A DNA stretch of 64,000 nt from Camelus ferus (Eukaryota), in the NCBI RefSeq assembly GCF_009834535.1, contig NC_045696.1:118856001-118920000 (forward strand), read 5' to 3'. Below, in pieces: positions 36,861-49,605 of the stretch (within the stretch, counting starts at the first letter, position 1; the number at the start of each line of letters is the position of its first letter). The notes below the pieces were generated by a model. It saw only the letters and a list, made by a program, of their open reading frames with translations, had not been told where the DNA came from and searched no databases. The position numbers and the translations under genes were made by a program.

Positions 36861-38179
36861 ATACTGGATCTTTCCATCCAGTAAAGAGTACTCTTCTTCC
36901 TCACTGGAGCTAGGGAAGCACCTGGAAAGTGAGAAAACATGATTCAATCAACATGGTGGATGAGACCCTTGGAGGGAAACCATGCAATGGAGTTTAGACT
37001 TCCTCTTTAGGTGAGAGGGGTTCCCTGAGGGTTCCTGACAAGCTGAAGGTGGTCTATTAAATTGCTTTGTCTGATAGTGATACACAGGATGAGGCATAGC
37101 AGGGAGAACCGGGTGGAGAGCACCTGGGGAAGATGCTGTGGCCTTCACCTCAGGGTGCCATGGCCCAGCCTCAGGTGGTTCTGGCAGCCGTTGACATATT
37201 GAGCTTGAATGCAATGACACTCATTTTTTCTCATGCTTATGAAAATCAGTCAAATCACATACAAATAGCCGTCATTCCCTCCTGGACACTTTTCTTTCGT
37301 ATTGTTATCTGTCTTACTTTCCAGTGCTCCACTGACAACCATCCCATTCCTATAGAGTAGAAGAAGCAGGAACAAATAAGGGTGTGAACCAGAAACCTGG
37401 GTGTGTGGTTATAGCCCCACAGCTGGGCCCTCCCGGGCTCCTGCCTCACTGAGCAAATAAGACCTTTAAAAGTTCTGCCCGGAGTGATCCAGAATAACAC
37501 TAGAACTTCCCTCATTTTAGGGCACCTGACAAATGAATCAGCGGGGAGATGGTGGATGCCATAAAAGTATTTAAGGACTTTCCCCATCCCGCATATGCTT
37601 GCTCTGTTCATTAGATGAGACTCAGATGACGTTGATGGACGGCTTACTCCTTGCTAGGTAGATGGCGTGTGTCTCATTCAGTCCCCGGCACGCCAGGAGG
37701 TAGATATTTGCTTCTCCATTTTGCAGACAACTGGCATTTTGTAGACATTCATCTCTAGTCACCAAAAGAACCTAATGTTTTCTCGGGATTTTTATTTGAA
37801 AACAAACAAGGAATCCCTTCTTCTCTTTACCTCAGTAAATGTAAAGGGTTAAGTTTAGACACTAGGGCTTGACTCTGCATTTACCTGTAGAACAGCTGCT
37901 CACTGACTGGGCACCTTTTCCATGCTCGGTACCTAAACTAGGGGCTCTGGGGAAGGAGGCAGAGCCTGATGGATGCAACCACCAAGAGGAGTTAGACAAA
38001 CACTCTGCAGCTAGATAAATACTCAGGACGTGTAAGGACATTAAAGAGCAGCCCAAGGAGCTGTGTGATGGGATCTGGAACCACCTCCCAAACTGCAAAT
38101 CAACAGCTATTTCCTGAACCCCAAACATCCAAAGCATGTAGGCCATCTTTGTCTACATTTCTGCTGTTTTTCTTTTCCT

Positions 38180-38850
38180 GCTCAGTCCAAATCTGTCAGG
38201 TTTTCCTTTTTATTGCCTCTCTTTCCCTTTTCCTTGACCTATTTCAGGTCCTTCTCATCTCTTGCGTGGATTTTTCCTGCAACCTCTAGGCTGGCATCCC
38301 TGCAGAGATGGCTGGGTTCCTCCAGTCCAGTGTTTTAACCCCTGCCAGGCTCACCTTGGCAAAATACTACCTGTGTGACTGTGCTCTTCTGCTCACAACC
38401 CTTGTACGGCTCCCACTGTCTGCAGGATAAAGTCTAATCATCTGATGTTGGCATTCAAGTCCTTCCAAAAGCTGACCACAGCCCCATTTCCAATCTGACC
38501 ACCTACTACTATTTTTATTTCATCAAGAGTACCTGCTTCCTGCTTTCCCACCATGCTGGACCCACTTCTGTCTCCTCAGCTCACTTCTACTTATGCCTCC
38601 TGCCGTGTCCAAGTCAAGTATCACATCTTTTTTTTTTTTTCAAATCCACTCTGGTCTCACAGTATTTTGCTGGGTTTTTCTCACACGCCTCCTTCAACTG
38701 CTATTTAACATTCTTCTATGCACTTGGTATCTATCCGAGTCAATGGCAAGCAACTTGGGATCAGTGACTGCATCTGCCAGATGCTGCTATCTTCCCCAGA
38801 CTCCCCAGTTTAGAGCTATACACAGAGTAAGTGTCTGATTATTTAACAGC
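38180..38850 (+). mobile_element. L2 fragments
   Basis: ggctcccactgtctgcaggataaagtcta...ggcattcaagtccttcca. Confidence 0.6.
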
Positions 38851-39032
38851 GACTGACCGAAAAAGAAATGCAGGGTCAAGCTTTATCGTCTAAAAGTCAA
38901 CTAACCCTTCAAGTTTCCTAATTTTTGTATTCAATTCTGCAATATCCTCATTGCATGAGTTATGGATTTTGCCATCTCTGGGTATCTCAGTTACAATCTG
39001 CAACTCTTAAAGTAAAAAACTTACACTCTAAG

Positions 39033-39219
39033 TCAGTGCCGTCCCATGGAACGGTCTACATCTGCACACCTATGGCTGTCCCATTTGTTACCTCTTAGCC
39101 ACACACGGCCATTGAGCACTTGGAATGTGTCTAGTGCAACTGAATTTTTCATTTCATTTCATTTTCAGTAATAGAAATAGCCACATGTGGCTAGCGTATA
39201 TTGTATTGGATAGTTCAGG
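39033..39219 (+). mobile_element. MER3
   Basis: attgagcacttggaatgtgtctagtgcaactgaattttt...atagccacatgtggctag...tattgga. Confidence 0.8.
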
Positions 39220-40289
39220 TCTAAGCAGTCACAGGCAAAAGCGAAAAAAAGATACACAGTATTGTTAGCCCCAGAGCTTTCAATAACCACTCTAAATGGC
39301 AAGTAAGCCACAAGAGTGTCGAGTGGTGATGTCACGATGTTCCTGGCCCTTGTCACCTATGTAATACCCAGTTTCAGCTGGGTCTATACCTACTGGCTGG
39401 CTGTTCACCAAACATTCCTATTTTCCTGGGTTACTGGAATTCCAGAAGCCCAGCTCAGGTGATCTCACAGGGAGACAGAATCAAATTCTCCCACATGACA
39501 CCCCCTAATAAGTAGAGGTGGTCTCGAGAACCCAGCTCATACCTAAGGGTCCCACCTGAAGTCTTCTGCCAAGACCCCTATTTCTGTCATCATATGTGTT
39601 TTCCTATTTTAGGTTCAAGGAAACATTTTATAGAAATTAAAACAAATATCTGTCATTTGGGATGTTACTGGAGGGCAGGCATGGCAAAAATAGATGATGT
39701 TCACTCATAAGCCACCCCTTAGACAAATATGCCCATTTTCACCAAATTCTATCCATCAGTATGTGGTCAAGCTGGCGAATGTTGACTTCAGCTCTTAACA
39801 GAAATAACAGGTAACACTGCTTCAATGTTTACAATCGCTGTAAGCACTGTATATGTAGGCTGTTATGTGAGACTCACAACGCGTTGAGACTGGTCGCACT
39901 GAGAGGTCGCAGGATGAATGGAGCTAGCACACAGCAGAGCCAGGATCTACACCCAGGCACGTGGACTCCAGTGCCTGTGCGCCTACCCACTCTGCCGTTC
40001 TCCTGCTGAGCCCAGTCTGACACATTTGTGTCCATGTATTCATTCATCCCAAACTCAGTATACAGGGAGCATTAACTGCTCATGTGTTATCATCTTAAAG
40101 AATGAATTAAAATCTAATCGAATTAAAAGGCAAGCCCAGGGCCATTTCAAGGCTATCCCGCAAAAGCTCAGCCTCTCCGACAGTTCAACCCTCCCCACCC
40201 GCAAAGTGGCCCACCTGGAATGTTCTCTCTTAGGAATAGCCTTTCCCACTTCCCCATCTGGCGAGCTCCTTTCTCAGGCATCACTTGTG

Positions 40290-40455
40290 GTTGTGCCTCT
40301 CCAAGCATGGACCTCAGACTAAAAGCATCAGCACCAACTGGGAGCCTGTTAGAAACGCAGCTTGCAGGCTCCACCCCAGCCCTGCTGAGTAAGAGCCCTG
40401 CGGGTTCCGCAAGATGCTCAGGTGAGTCTGAGGAGGACCAAGGTAAGACACCGTC
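40290..40455. mobile_element. MER5-type hAT-Charlie MITE
   Basis: agcatcagcaccaactgggagcctgttagaaacgcag...caggctccacccca...caggtga. Confidence 0.7.
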
Positions 40456-40860
40456 GGCACTGCCACTTCCTGGAGCCTCCTGACTCGGGTGAGGTTCTTC
40501 TCCGGGGAGTGCCCGTGTCCCCTGGTCTTCAGCCCACCACGGAGGCTTGGGGACTCTCCGCCTCCTCCCTGGGTCCCTGGAGGGCAGCTATGGTGTCTTA
40601 TTTCTCTTGGATTCTCGATTGAACGAATGAATGGGGAGCTCTGGGGAAAGGCGAAGGCACTCTTTGAAAAGCCAGCCTCCTCCTGCCGGGAGCCCCCCTG
40701 GAATCATCTGCTTGGTATTCCCTCCCCCCCCCCCCCCCAGGTGCTTGGGCCACCTCCTGGAGGGGAGAGTGACTTCTCTGAACACATCCCACTTCAGCCT
40801 GCAGCAGGGCCAGCGCTGGAGGTTGTCTGAGCCTTCTTCTGTCAGCCACCCAGGCACAGA

Positions 40861-41220
40861 AGCCAGCAGGAAAGCCCCAGCAAACAAGGGCGGGTCCCCT
40901 GTTGCTGAGCACGGCCACCTCAACAAAAGCAGGGCGCTTCCTGCGGGGCCCAGCCCGGGAGGCAGCCCACCCTGCGGGGGCTTCCCCGGCGATGAAGGCG
41001 TCCAGACCTCTCGCCCGCCCGCGGCTGGGGTTTCCGCAGCGCGGAGGCACACCCTGTGCTGGGGGCAGCCTCAGAACCTCCGGGTCGGTAGCTGCTGGCT
41101 GTTCTCGGAGCTCCTGCAAGCGGCACAAGGGAGCGCTGAGCCTGTGTCTGGTTCCTTCCCAGGGCGTGCCGGTCCCCTGGTGCGCCTCGCGTGCTGGCCT
41201 GGGAGAGGAGCTTTACCCTT
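40861..41220. promoter_or_regulatory. Small CpG-rich island with clustered kappaB-type sites
   Basis: 26 CpG counted by eye in 360 bp. GGAAAGCCCC 40869, GGGGCTTCCC 40977, TGGGGTTTCC 41026; GC boxes. Confidence 0.5.
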
Positions 41221-41621
41221 GGAGACGGTGGGAAAAGGGTTTACCTCTTCACTGTGTCTTTCTTTCATACGGAGTTCTTGTTTTGCTTTGTTTTGAGCAC
41301 CGTCGGTAGCTATGTGAGGTTGGGTAATACCCAAGGCCTTGCCAACCTCATTGTGATATTTTTTTCACTTGTAACATATGTGACCACAGATGCCACCACA
41401 AGCATCACGTGGCTGGCTCCCTGGAGCTGGGAGGGGACTCGCCTCTGGCTTCCCTGTGAGCAGCGGGCTTCGCCTTCTCCCTTTCCTGCTCCAGCTACTG
41501 TGCTGTCGGAACTAAGGGGAGTGTGGGAAAGAAGAAAGAATTGCCCACTTGAAAAAAAAAAACTAGTAAAACAAATTGCTTTCTCATTTTTCAAACTGTT
41601 AGAAAAGTCTTTTTAAAAAAC

Positions 41622-41752
41622 CTTTCGGGGGGGGAGATAATTAGGTGTATTTATTTATTATTATTATTTTTTTTAATGGGGGTACTCGGGGTTGAACCCA
41701 GGACCTCATGCATGCTAAGTGCTCGCTCTACCACTGAGCTACACCCTCCCCC
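41622..41752 (-). mobile_element. Vic-1-type SINE, long form
   Basis: ataattagg tail plus gttgaacccaggacctc...accactgagctacaccctcccc. Confidence 0.92.
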
Positions 41753-42855
41753 TCAAGAAGCATCTTATTTTATGTGCTCCGCCTCCATGCACGTGGCAGG
41801 AAAACGGGAAAATACAGAGAAGCACGAATTACCCCTAACGCCACAACACAGAGAGAACCTTTGTTAATGTTTTGCTAAGTTTCCCGCCAAACGTCCACAG
41901 CCTTGGAAGAAGGTGAGCTTGGATGGAAGGTGACGGGGCTTAGCCACACACCCACCTTCCGCCACCGACTTCCACACTAGGAACTGGGTAACAGTACACA
42001 CCTCACATTTCATGCGTTTTGGAATGTTGGCCCCTACTCACAACACTAGGGGTGGGTCTATTGTGTTTATAGCCTTGAGCTAAAACTATATGCAATTTTG
42101 TAAGCCAGCTGTTTATTTTTTTAAGAACATCAAGAATATTCTCTCCTGTTAACATATTTTTTTCAATTTTCTAATTTGTCAAACAGGTTTAAAAGAGATG
42201 ATGAATAAACTGTTGGAAGTGATACGGTTACTAATCTGTCATAATAAGGTTTAAATGAGATAATGTATATTCAAAGTGATTAGCCTGGGGCCCGGCAGAT
42301 AGTAAACTCTTCATAAATGGTAGGTTTGGCCATAGATTATTACTAAAAATCTCATTTTAATGCCAGCAAATATTTCATTCTAAGTAGCAATTTTAATCAC
42401 CCTTTTATTGTACTGAGCTTATTCCAACTCTTCCTATTTAAAATTGTAGCACTGGAACAGATAGCTTTGAATACAACTTTTTATTCACCTAGAAAATATT
42501 ATTTCTTTAAAATGGATGACTACTTTGGATGGTATGAACATGTTAAAGTTTTTTTTATTACATATTGGCAAATAAATTCCTGGTGATTGTGCCAAAAATC
42601 CCATGAATGGGATTACCTGTCTTTCTGCATCTCACTAGCAATAAATTTTCTTGTTTTTAAATTTGCCAATTTGATAGATGAAAATTAGATTTCATTGTTC
42701 TTTGCTTTTGCATTTTGAAAAACTGCCAATGAAATAAAAATATTTTTTCATGTTCATTAACCATTTGCATTGCCTCGTCTATGAATTATTTCTTCAAGAA
42801 CCCTACAGCAAAAACATATTTTACCAGTCAAATAGGCTAATGTTTTGGGTTTTCC

Positions 42856-43057
42856 TTTTTTTTTTTTTTTTTTTAATTGAAGTTCAGTCAGTTACAATGT
42901 GTCAGTTTCTGGTGTACAGCACAATGTCCCAGTCAAGCAAATACATACATATATTTGTTTTCATATTCTTTTCCATTAAAGGTTATTACAAGATATTGAA
43001 TATAGTTCTCTGTGCTCTACAGAAGAAACTTTTTTTTTAATCTGTTTTTACATATAG
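42856..43057 (-). mobile_element. Young L1 3' tail
   Basis: polyT, then aattgaagttcagtcagttacaatgtgtcagtttctggtgtacagc. TSD tgggttttc at 42846 and 43058. Confidence 0.9.
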
Positions 43058-43489
43058 TGGGTTTTCTTTTTGTGGGTGGTGTTTCTCATAGCAAAACTCA
43101 GAAACATAATCTCTTCCTGCACATAGCGGGAAAGGCTAACAGTGAGATCATTTGGGATTTTATTAGCTATGTCTCTAATTTAATCACATGATTAATAAAT
43201 ATTTGGCCAAGTCCCACTGCATATACTCATACAATAGTCTTTAACACAGATCCTATCCGGGAGTAAGGGGAGAGAGGGGGAGAGAGAGGTGGGTAACACC
43301 CACGGAGCTTATCTGTGCCCCCAGCGAGCATCTGAGCCCATGCCAGGCAAAGACACACTCAGAATCCAGAGCTAACACACCCAGCTCCCCCGCTGGCAGC
43401 CTGGGATGTGGCTCATCTGTAAGAGTGGCTGATGACATGATGGAGCACGTTGTACAGACAGGGGCTGCCATTCACACTGCCATCTCCCA

Positions 43490-43635
43490 CCGTCCCCATT
43501 TTACAGGTAAGGAAAGCCCAGCTCAAAAATGTTAAGCTGCCTCAGGTCCCAGAGCCTGTGGCAGAGCAAGGATTCAACCTTGGGCAAAGTGGACCCCTAA
43601 GCAGATGCTCTCAGCCACCAAACCACATAGCTTCC
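43490..43635 (-). mobile_element. MIR core
   Basis: ccccattttacaggtaaggaaa...ggcagagcaaggattcaacc. Confidence 0.75.
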
Positions 43636-43705
43636 CTTAAAAACAAGTCTCCAGACAGGAGAATATCCAAAGTTTATATTCTGAGAGCCTCAGATAAAAC
43701 TTTTA

Positions 43706-43837
43706 TGTACTACTCAGCCATAAAAAAGAATTAAAATAATGCCATTTGCAGCAACACGGATGGACCCGGAGATCATCATTCTAAGTGAAGTAAGCCAGAA
43801 AGAGAAAGAAAAATACCATGATATCACTCATCTGTGG

Positions 43838-43874
<37 letters not shown>

Positions 43875-44210
43875 ACACTATGAACTCATCTACAAAACAG
43901 AAAAAGACTCACAGACATAGTAAACAATCTTATGGTTACCGGGGAAAGGGAGTGGGTAGGGATAAATCCAGGAGTTTGAGATTTACAAATATTAGCCACT
44001 ATATATAGAAGTAGATTTTAAATAGATTTTTTAAAAAAGTTTCTTCTGTATAGCACAGGGAACTATGTTCAGTATCTTGTAATAACCTTTAATGAAAAAA
44101 ATATGAAAATATATGTATGTATATGCATGACTGGGACATTGTGCTGTACACCAAAAACTGAGACATTGTAATTGACTGTACTTCAATTAAAAATTAATTA
44201 ATTAAAAAGA
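43706..44210 (+). mobile_element. Young L1 3' end with expanded internal A tract
   Basis: YYSAIKKN...MPFAAT.MD.EIIILSEV; about 30 A at 43843-43872. Confidence 0.93.
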
Positions 44211-45533
44211 AACGTTAATGAGCAAAGCAACGTGATGGTTTTTATCCTCCAAGTAAAATGACCATCTCCAGGCAGGAGCCTGAGAACTTCCCCAGGGAAG
44301 GATGTAGGGAGCCTGGGCTCATCACCTGTCCAGGTCCTTCACTTCCAAGAGAGAAACTGAGGTCAAGGGTCATCCTGGCTCCCAGAGAGGAACCTCTTCC
44401 TCCTGTGACTCAGTCTCCCCTCCTGAAAAAGGGGAACCAGCCTAATCCCCCTCAGAAAGATGGTGAGGATGCCAGGCTTTGTTAGTCTTTGGATCAGGAA
44501 GATGATTCCGGAAACCCAGACCCTGAGGACCGTGTCCTAGAGCTTGCTTAGCATCTGTCATTCACACAGTGCCTGCTCATTAATGACGGCTGAAATCACT
44601 GCGAAAGTCATTTGCCAATACAAAGCAGGATCTGCATAAATCTTGCAAGAATTCTGCATATCAATCCCAGCAGAGTTTTAACCACCAGAGTAGGCATTTT
44701 CCCCACCAGCCCTTCAATCCTCTGCAATAGGGACAAGCAATCACGTTACCTATAACCCACCATTTAAAAATAACAACGTGCGCTCTGAAGCATATATTTA
44801 TAAACACACATTTAACTTATTCATAGCCTGATTTCTTTTAGGGCTGACTTATTTCTGGGAGGTACCAGTTTCTTATGCCCTGTTCATTCACATACTGATG
44901 TAATAGATCTCTCTCTTCCAGTACTCGGGAGAGCTATGAAAATATTCATCTCTCCGAGCTACAGAAATCAGTTTTCTCGTTTATGTTCTGTTAAAAGCAC
45001 CCAATGCTATTTGTCAGAAAGGGGTAAAGACGCACAGTCTTCTGTGTCTGAATCCTAAACAGCCGGGAAAGTGTATTACGCAGACCCCAGGACTTCAGAC
45101 AGTGCTGTTTTTAATTTTTAACTGGCATGTACACTTGGGAACCAAACTGACTACCTAGTGTGTACAAAACAGTTAACTAGGTTTGCTTCAGCAAGGCAAA
45201 CTGAAGTTAACTGCTTTTGCTTGAATTAAATAAACACTGGCCAGACCTGGTCTGAGCAGATGGCAGTCACCACACCTTGCCAGTTGCCAATCAGCATTCA
45301 ACGGCTGGGCTTGACCTTGGCTTCTGATCCTCTGTTGGCTACACATAGAAGCGGGGTGTCAAGGAAAGAGAGCCAAGTGCAGGAAATCCCTCTGACAGCA
45401 ACAGAACCAGCTTAATGGATTGAGCTTGTTTTAGGATGATTTGAGAATGGAAAAGCATAAAGTCCAATAGTGATCATTCCAACATCTGCAGCAGGAAACC
45501 CTAGGTGCTTTTATAAAATAAAGGCTACTTCCA

Positions 45534-45881
45534 TATGAGATCACTCATATGTGGAATCTAAAACAAACAAAAAACAAAAAACAAAAAACCCCATAAATAC
45601 AAAACAGAAGCAGACTCATAGACATAGAATACAAACTTGTGGTGCCAAGGGGGTAGGGGGTTGGAAGGGACAGACTGGGATTTCAAAATGTAGAACAGAT
45701 AAACAAGATTATACTGTACAGCACAGGGAAATATACACAAGATCTTATGGTAGCTCACAGAGAAAAAGATGTGACAATGAATATACATATGTTCATGTAT
45801 AACTGAAAAATTGTGCTCTACACTGGAATTTGACACAACATTGTACAATGATTATAACTCAATAAAAAATGTTTAAAAAGA
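45534..45881 (+). mobile_element. Young L1 3' UTR (different subfamily from 43706)
   Basis: tcactcatatgtggaatctaaaa...tgtacagcacagggaa. TSD aaaggctacttcca at 45520-45533 and 45882-45895. Confidence 0.93.
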
Positions 45882-48443
45882 AAAGGCTACTTCCAGATGC
45901 ATATACAGTCATTTTGAAAACATCACGTATCAGTGTTTGAGGTCCCCTGGGTTTGACAGATATCCACTGTTCAAATTTGTTTCAGAAATAGAAGAGCAGA
46001 TCCAAAATTCCATGTCATGCTTTTCCCATGTGAAAAAAACCTTACAGGCTCACCATTCTGCTTCACATAATATATCTTAACTCATGTATCAAATTTCATT
46101 GTGCAGCTAAAGCCTGGGAGAGGAGGGTTTTGCTGACTCAGATCTGGACCGGGTGATTTTAAAAGAAAGCTTTGCGAAGAGGATCTCTACGTGTTACGTA
46201 GCTAAATATCCATATTTTCCAAAGACAAAAGACAGGGGGTGCGCGGTGGAAACCAGGAAATGATATTTTCAGAAACAAAACTGATGTTTCTGCTGGATGA
46301 GATGGGAACCACACGTTCGGAAAAACAGACAAGCACAGGCCAGCAAGGAAGGAGAGAGCAACAAAGTAGAATAAAGAACAAGAGAAAATAGTTGAGTTTA
46401 AGCTCCAGAGAGGTTTTCATTACATCTCTGTGCTGTGCTTTAAAGGTTAAGGCAGGCCCAGGCGCCTCTCACCGGGGACAGCTGGGGACGTCTTTCACTG
46501 CTGACAACTGGGGCAGGGATGTGTGGAGACAGAACCAGCAACTGCGGGCTTGGCAGGACTCCCCAAAGCCCGGCGGCGGGCCAGCTGGGCAGAGCCCGAC
46601 ATCCCGGGGCCTCTGGTCTATCCCTCTGCCGAGAGGGGGCCCCTGAGCGCGGGCCTGCTGAGACCAGAGCAGCCGTTCCAATGGCTGTGCTCAGAGGACC
46701 CCCTTCCAAAGTCGAGGACAAGGCTGGGGACCCCACACGTGGGAGTAGTTGCACTGACTGGTCCACAGACTGCCAGCCGCTAGGGAGTCATTAGGCTTTA
46801 AAAAAACTCATTTGTATTTTGTTTCCCACCGCACCATCTATACAGACTGGGGAACAAGTCATTCAGAAGCGGTGAAACAAGCTATTTTTTCAGGTGGATT
46901 GGCGGTCCCCTGGCTGTGCAGAAGCCCAGACAGGACACTGGGTCATATGATCTGATTTCGGGGCTGACCATTCGATTAGCAGCTGCGTTATTTGTGCCTC
47001 TCTGGGACTTTTGTGGCCTTGGAGGTTTGAAGTCACCTTCTGTGGGGCTCTTTCCCTGATTTTAGATGCACTGATTTCCTTTTTTGATACGTGCTTCCAG
47101 GGCAGGATTTGAAAAAAAATTAGTTTATCAGTTTTCTTGCTCGCTTTTCATTACTCAAACTCATCTCGATCCAAATTTGGAGGATCCCTTTTTCCTTTCT
47201 CTCCCATAGGACGTCCTTTTCTAGAAGGTTCTACACATATTTACTCCAGGTTGCCAGTGACTGATCACTCACTGAGAATTTGAGAAAACTAATGTTGTCT
47301 CAGCAACGAAGGTATTTCTCTCACAATCTGGTACTCAATAAGCCAAGGGAGAAACTGCGATAAACAGTACTTGGCCGAGTTCTTGGTTTCAGAAGAATTC
47401 CCGTTAATTGTGCACGTGTCTCCCAGATGGCAGGCTTGCAAGTCTTAGGGGGCTGCAGCCCCCCACGCACTGGGGTCGGCCTCCTGATAAGGCTGGTTTT
47501 TCACAATTCAGATTCTCTGAGGGGAGCCCACCACATCCATGACCCAACGTTTATTACTTTTTGAAAAAACATTCTAGTTCACGGGGCAAGCTGTTAGGTT
47601 TACCAAAGAGACTCGGAGAATGCTGGCTCTGGAACGAACCTGGGGGAGTCCACTCCTCATATATTATACATCAGGGAGCAGAAACATGAGATTTTACAGC
47701 CCAGAATAGATACTTGACAAGACCATTCCTGCACTGTTTCCCATGACTGTCTTAATGGTACGTGAGCCAAGTACCATCTTGAAGGTCAAAAATGGAGAAA
47801 CACTGGTCACCTGAATGCAGCGAAGATGGGCCTTTTTGGTATAATCCACACTTTGCACCACACACTTGGCTTTGTGGGTGGGAGTAATTAATGGCTTTGC
47901 TAGGACTGCTATTCAAGGCTCTGTGGCCTCTCGGTGGCTTGTCAAACCAGGACCAGCCACGGAGTGGCATCTCAGTTTTCCATTTTGAGTTCCATCTCCA
48001 TTCCCAGAAAGTCTTTTTCTTCCCGTGTGCATCTTACGATACGTGTGGTTAGTATTTGATGGTTTAGGGTGACAGCCATCAAGGCAGCTTAGTTGTGGAT
48101 GGAGTAAGCCCGGAAAGAGATTTAAAATGCAGCCAGTTTTGAAAATAATAAATAAGCTCAAAACAGAAGGTACTGAAGTTCACGTTCAGTAGTCTTCCAA
48201 CCTCTCGGGTGCCTAAGAGTTCATGGATCAGGATAGTAAGTGACAGAGGAACTGGCTCCCAGAAACTGTGAAGCCACCTAAAACGGTGGCCCCTGACTCT
48301 GGCCCTACTGTGGGTGGGGCCACCAAGGAGGCCAGCCAAGCTGCTGCGCTCGTCTTGGTGTTGCTCTCGCGTTCCTCGGCAAGCTGAAGGCGGACAGAAG
48401 TGAGTATAACTGAAGCAGAGCACTTTACAAGTGTCAGGGAGGG

Positions 48444-48801
48444 TGTGCTAGTCAGGGCTAACTAGAGAACCAGAGCCGCTCGGAGACAGATACGGAAGGA
48501 CTCGCTGCAGGGAGTGGGCTCCCGTGATCATGAGGGCCGGCGGGGCAGGAGTGGAATCCACAGGGCAGGCTGCCAGGAGCTGCAGCCGCAGTTCACGGGA
48601 GGGATTCCTTCTTCTTCACGGAAACCTCAGCTCGGCTTTCAAGGCTTTTCAACAGATTCAAGACCGCCCAGATGACTGAGGACATTCTCAGGGACTTTAA
48701 TCACATCTACACGCTACCTCCACAGCAACACCTAGATTAGGGTTTGACTGGACACCTAGGGGCTATGGGCTAGTCAAGCTGACGCAACACTGACCATCAC
48801 A
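48444..48801 (-). mobile_element. MLT2-type ERVL solo LTR
   Basis: TG...CA termini, near-TSD gaggg/gcggg, ggaaacctcag...acagcaacacctagattagggtttgac. Confidence 0.8.
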
Positions 48802-49529
48802 GCGGGACACTGCACTGTGTTCCCTATGGGATACTCCCATATCGAAGGACTTGCAGTGTCCCCAGCTCTTCCTCCATTTGTATCAGGCACAAAGCTGACA
48901 ACGAATAAACATGCATTGAGTGACTGAACAAACCAGTGAATGAGATGACGATAGGGATGTAGGGTGGGGCCACAGTACTAAGCCTATTTAGGGGGTGTGG
49001 TGGGGCAAGGGGGAGGGCAAATCACACTGGCCTCAGGACCCAGGCAGAGCCCCCACGGTGGGGGTGATCGTCCGGTTTGGGGTTGGGGCACGTCACCCCC
49101 AGCACCGTCATATGAGCGCAGGAAGTAAACGCTGCACCAAGGACCTGGTTGGAAAGGGAGAGGCCATGAAGGACAAACAAAAGAGCCTGTGAAGAAGAGC
49201 GGACGCACTTCAGTTGATGGGACGTCAGGGCAGGAGGACAGCTGTCAGGACGAACCTCCAAGGTTCTCCATCTCCCCCTTTACCCAAGCCTCTCCCCTGC
49301 TGTCCCACGTCCTCTCCTGGCCAGAAAGACTGAAGCAGTGGAACTAGCAGCTGTGAACCCAATGCTCCTGATAAGAAGGACAGGGCTGAGACTAGCTCTC
49401 CCAGCCACTGGCTTATCTGTAGGGCGTGGGCAAAGGATCTTTGCTCCATGGTCCTTAGTTCCCTGACCTGTAAAATCTTAATAGTATCAAACTCTTTGGA
49501 CCATGGGAGGATTATAACACATGTTGAGA

Positions 49530-49605
49530 GCAGTGGTAGATTTCCTTTGGGGCTAAAGAAGCTTAAGCTTCAGGGCCCCTCACTTGCCCGGGCCCTTCCA
49601 GGTCT
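49530..49605 (+). mobile_element. hAT transposon terminal fragment (MER53/Arthur-like)
   Basis: gaagcttaagcttcagggcccctcacttgc..gggccc. Confidence 0.7.

Noticed and set aside
40588..41309. Longest ORFs (221, 176, 154 aa)
   Set aside because: Overlapping ORFs in several frames on both strands of GC-rich DNA, low-complexity P/G/A/R content, no recognisable domain.
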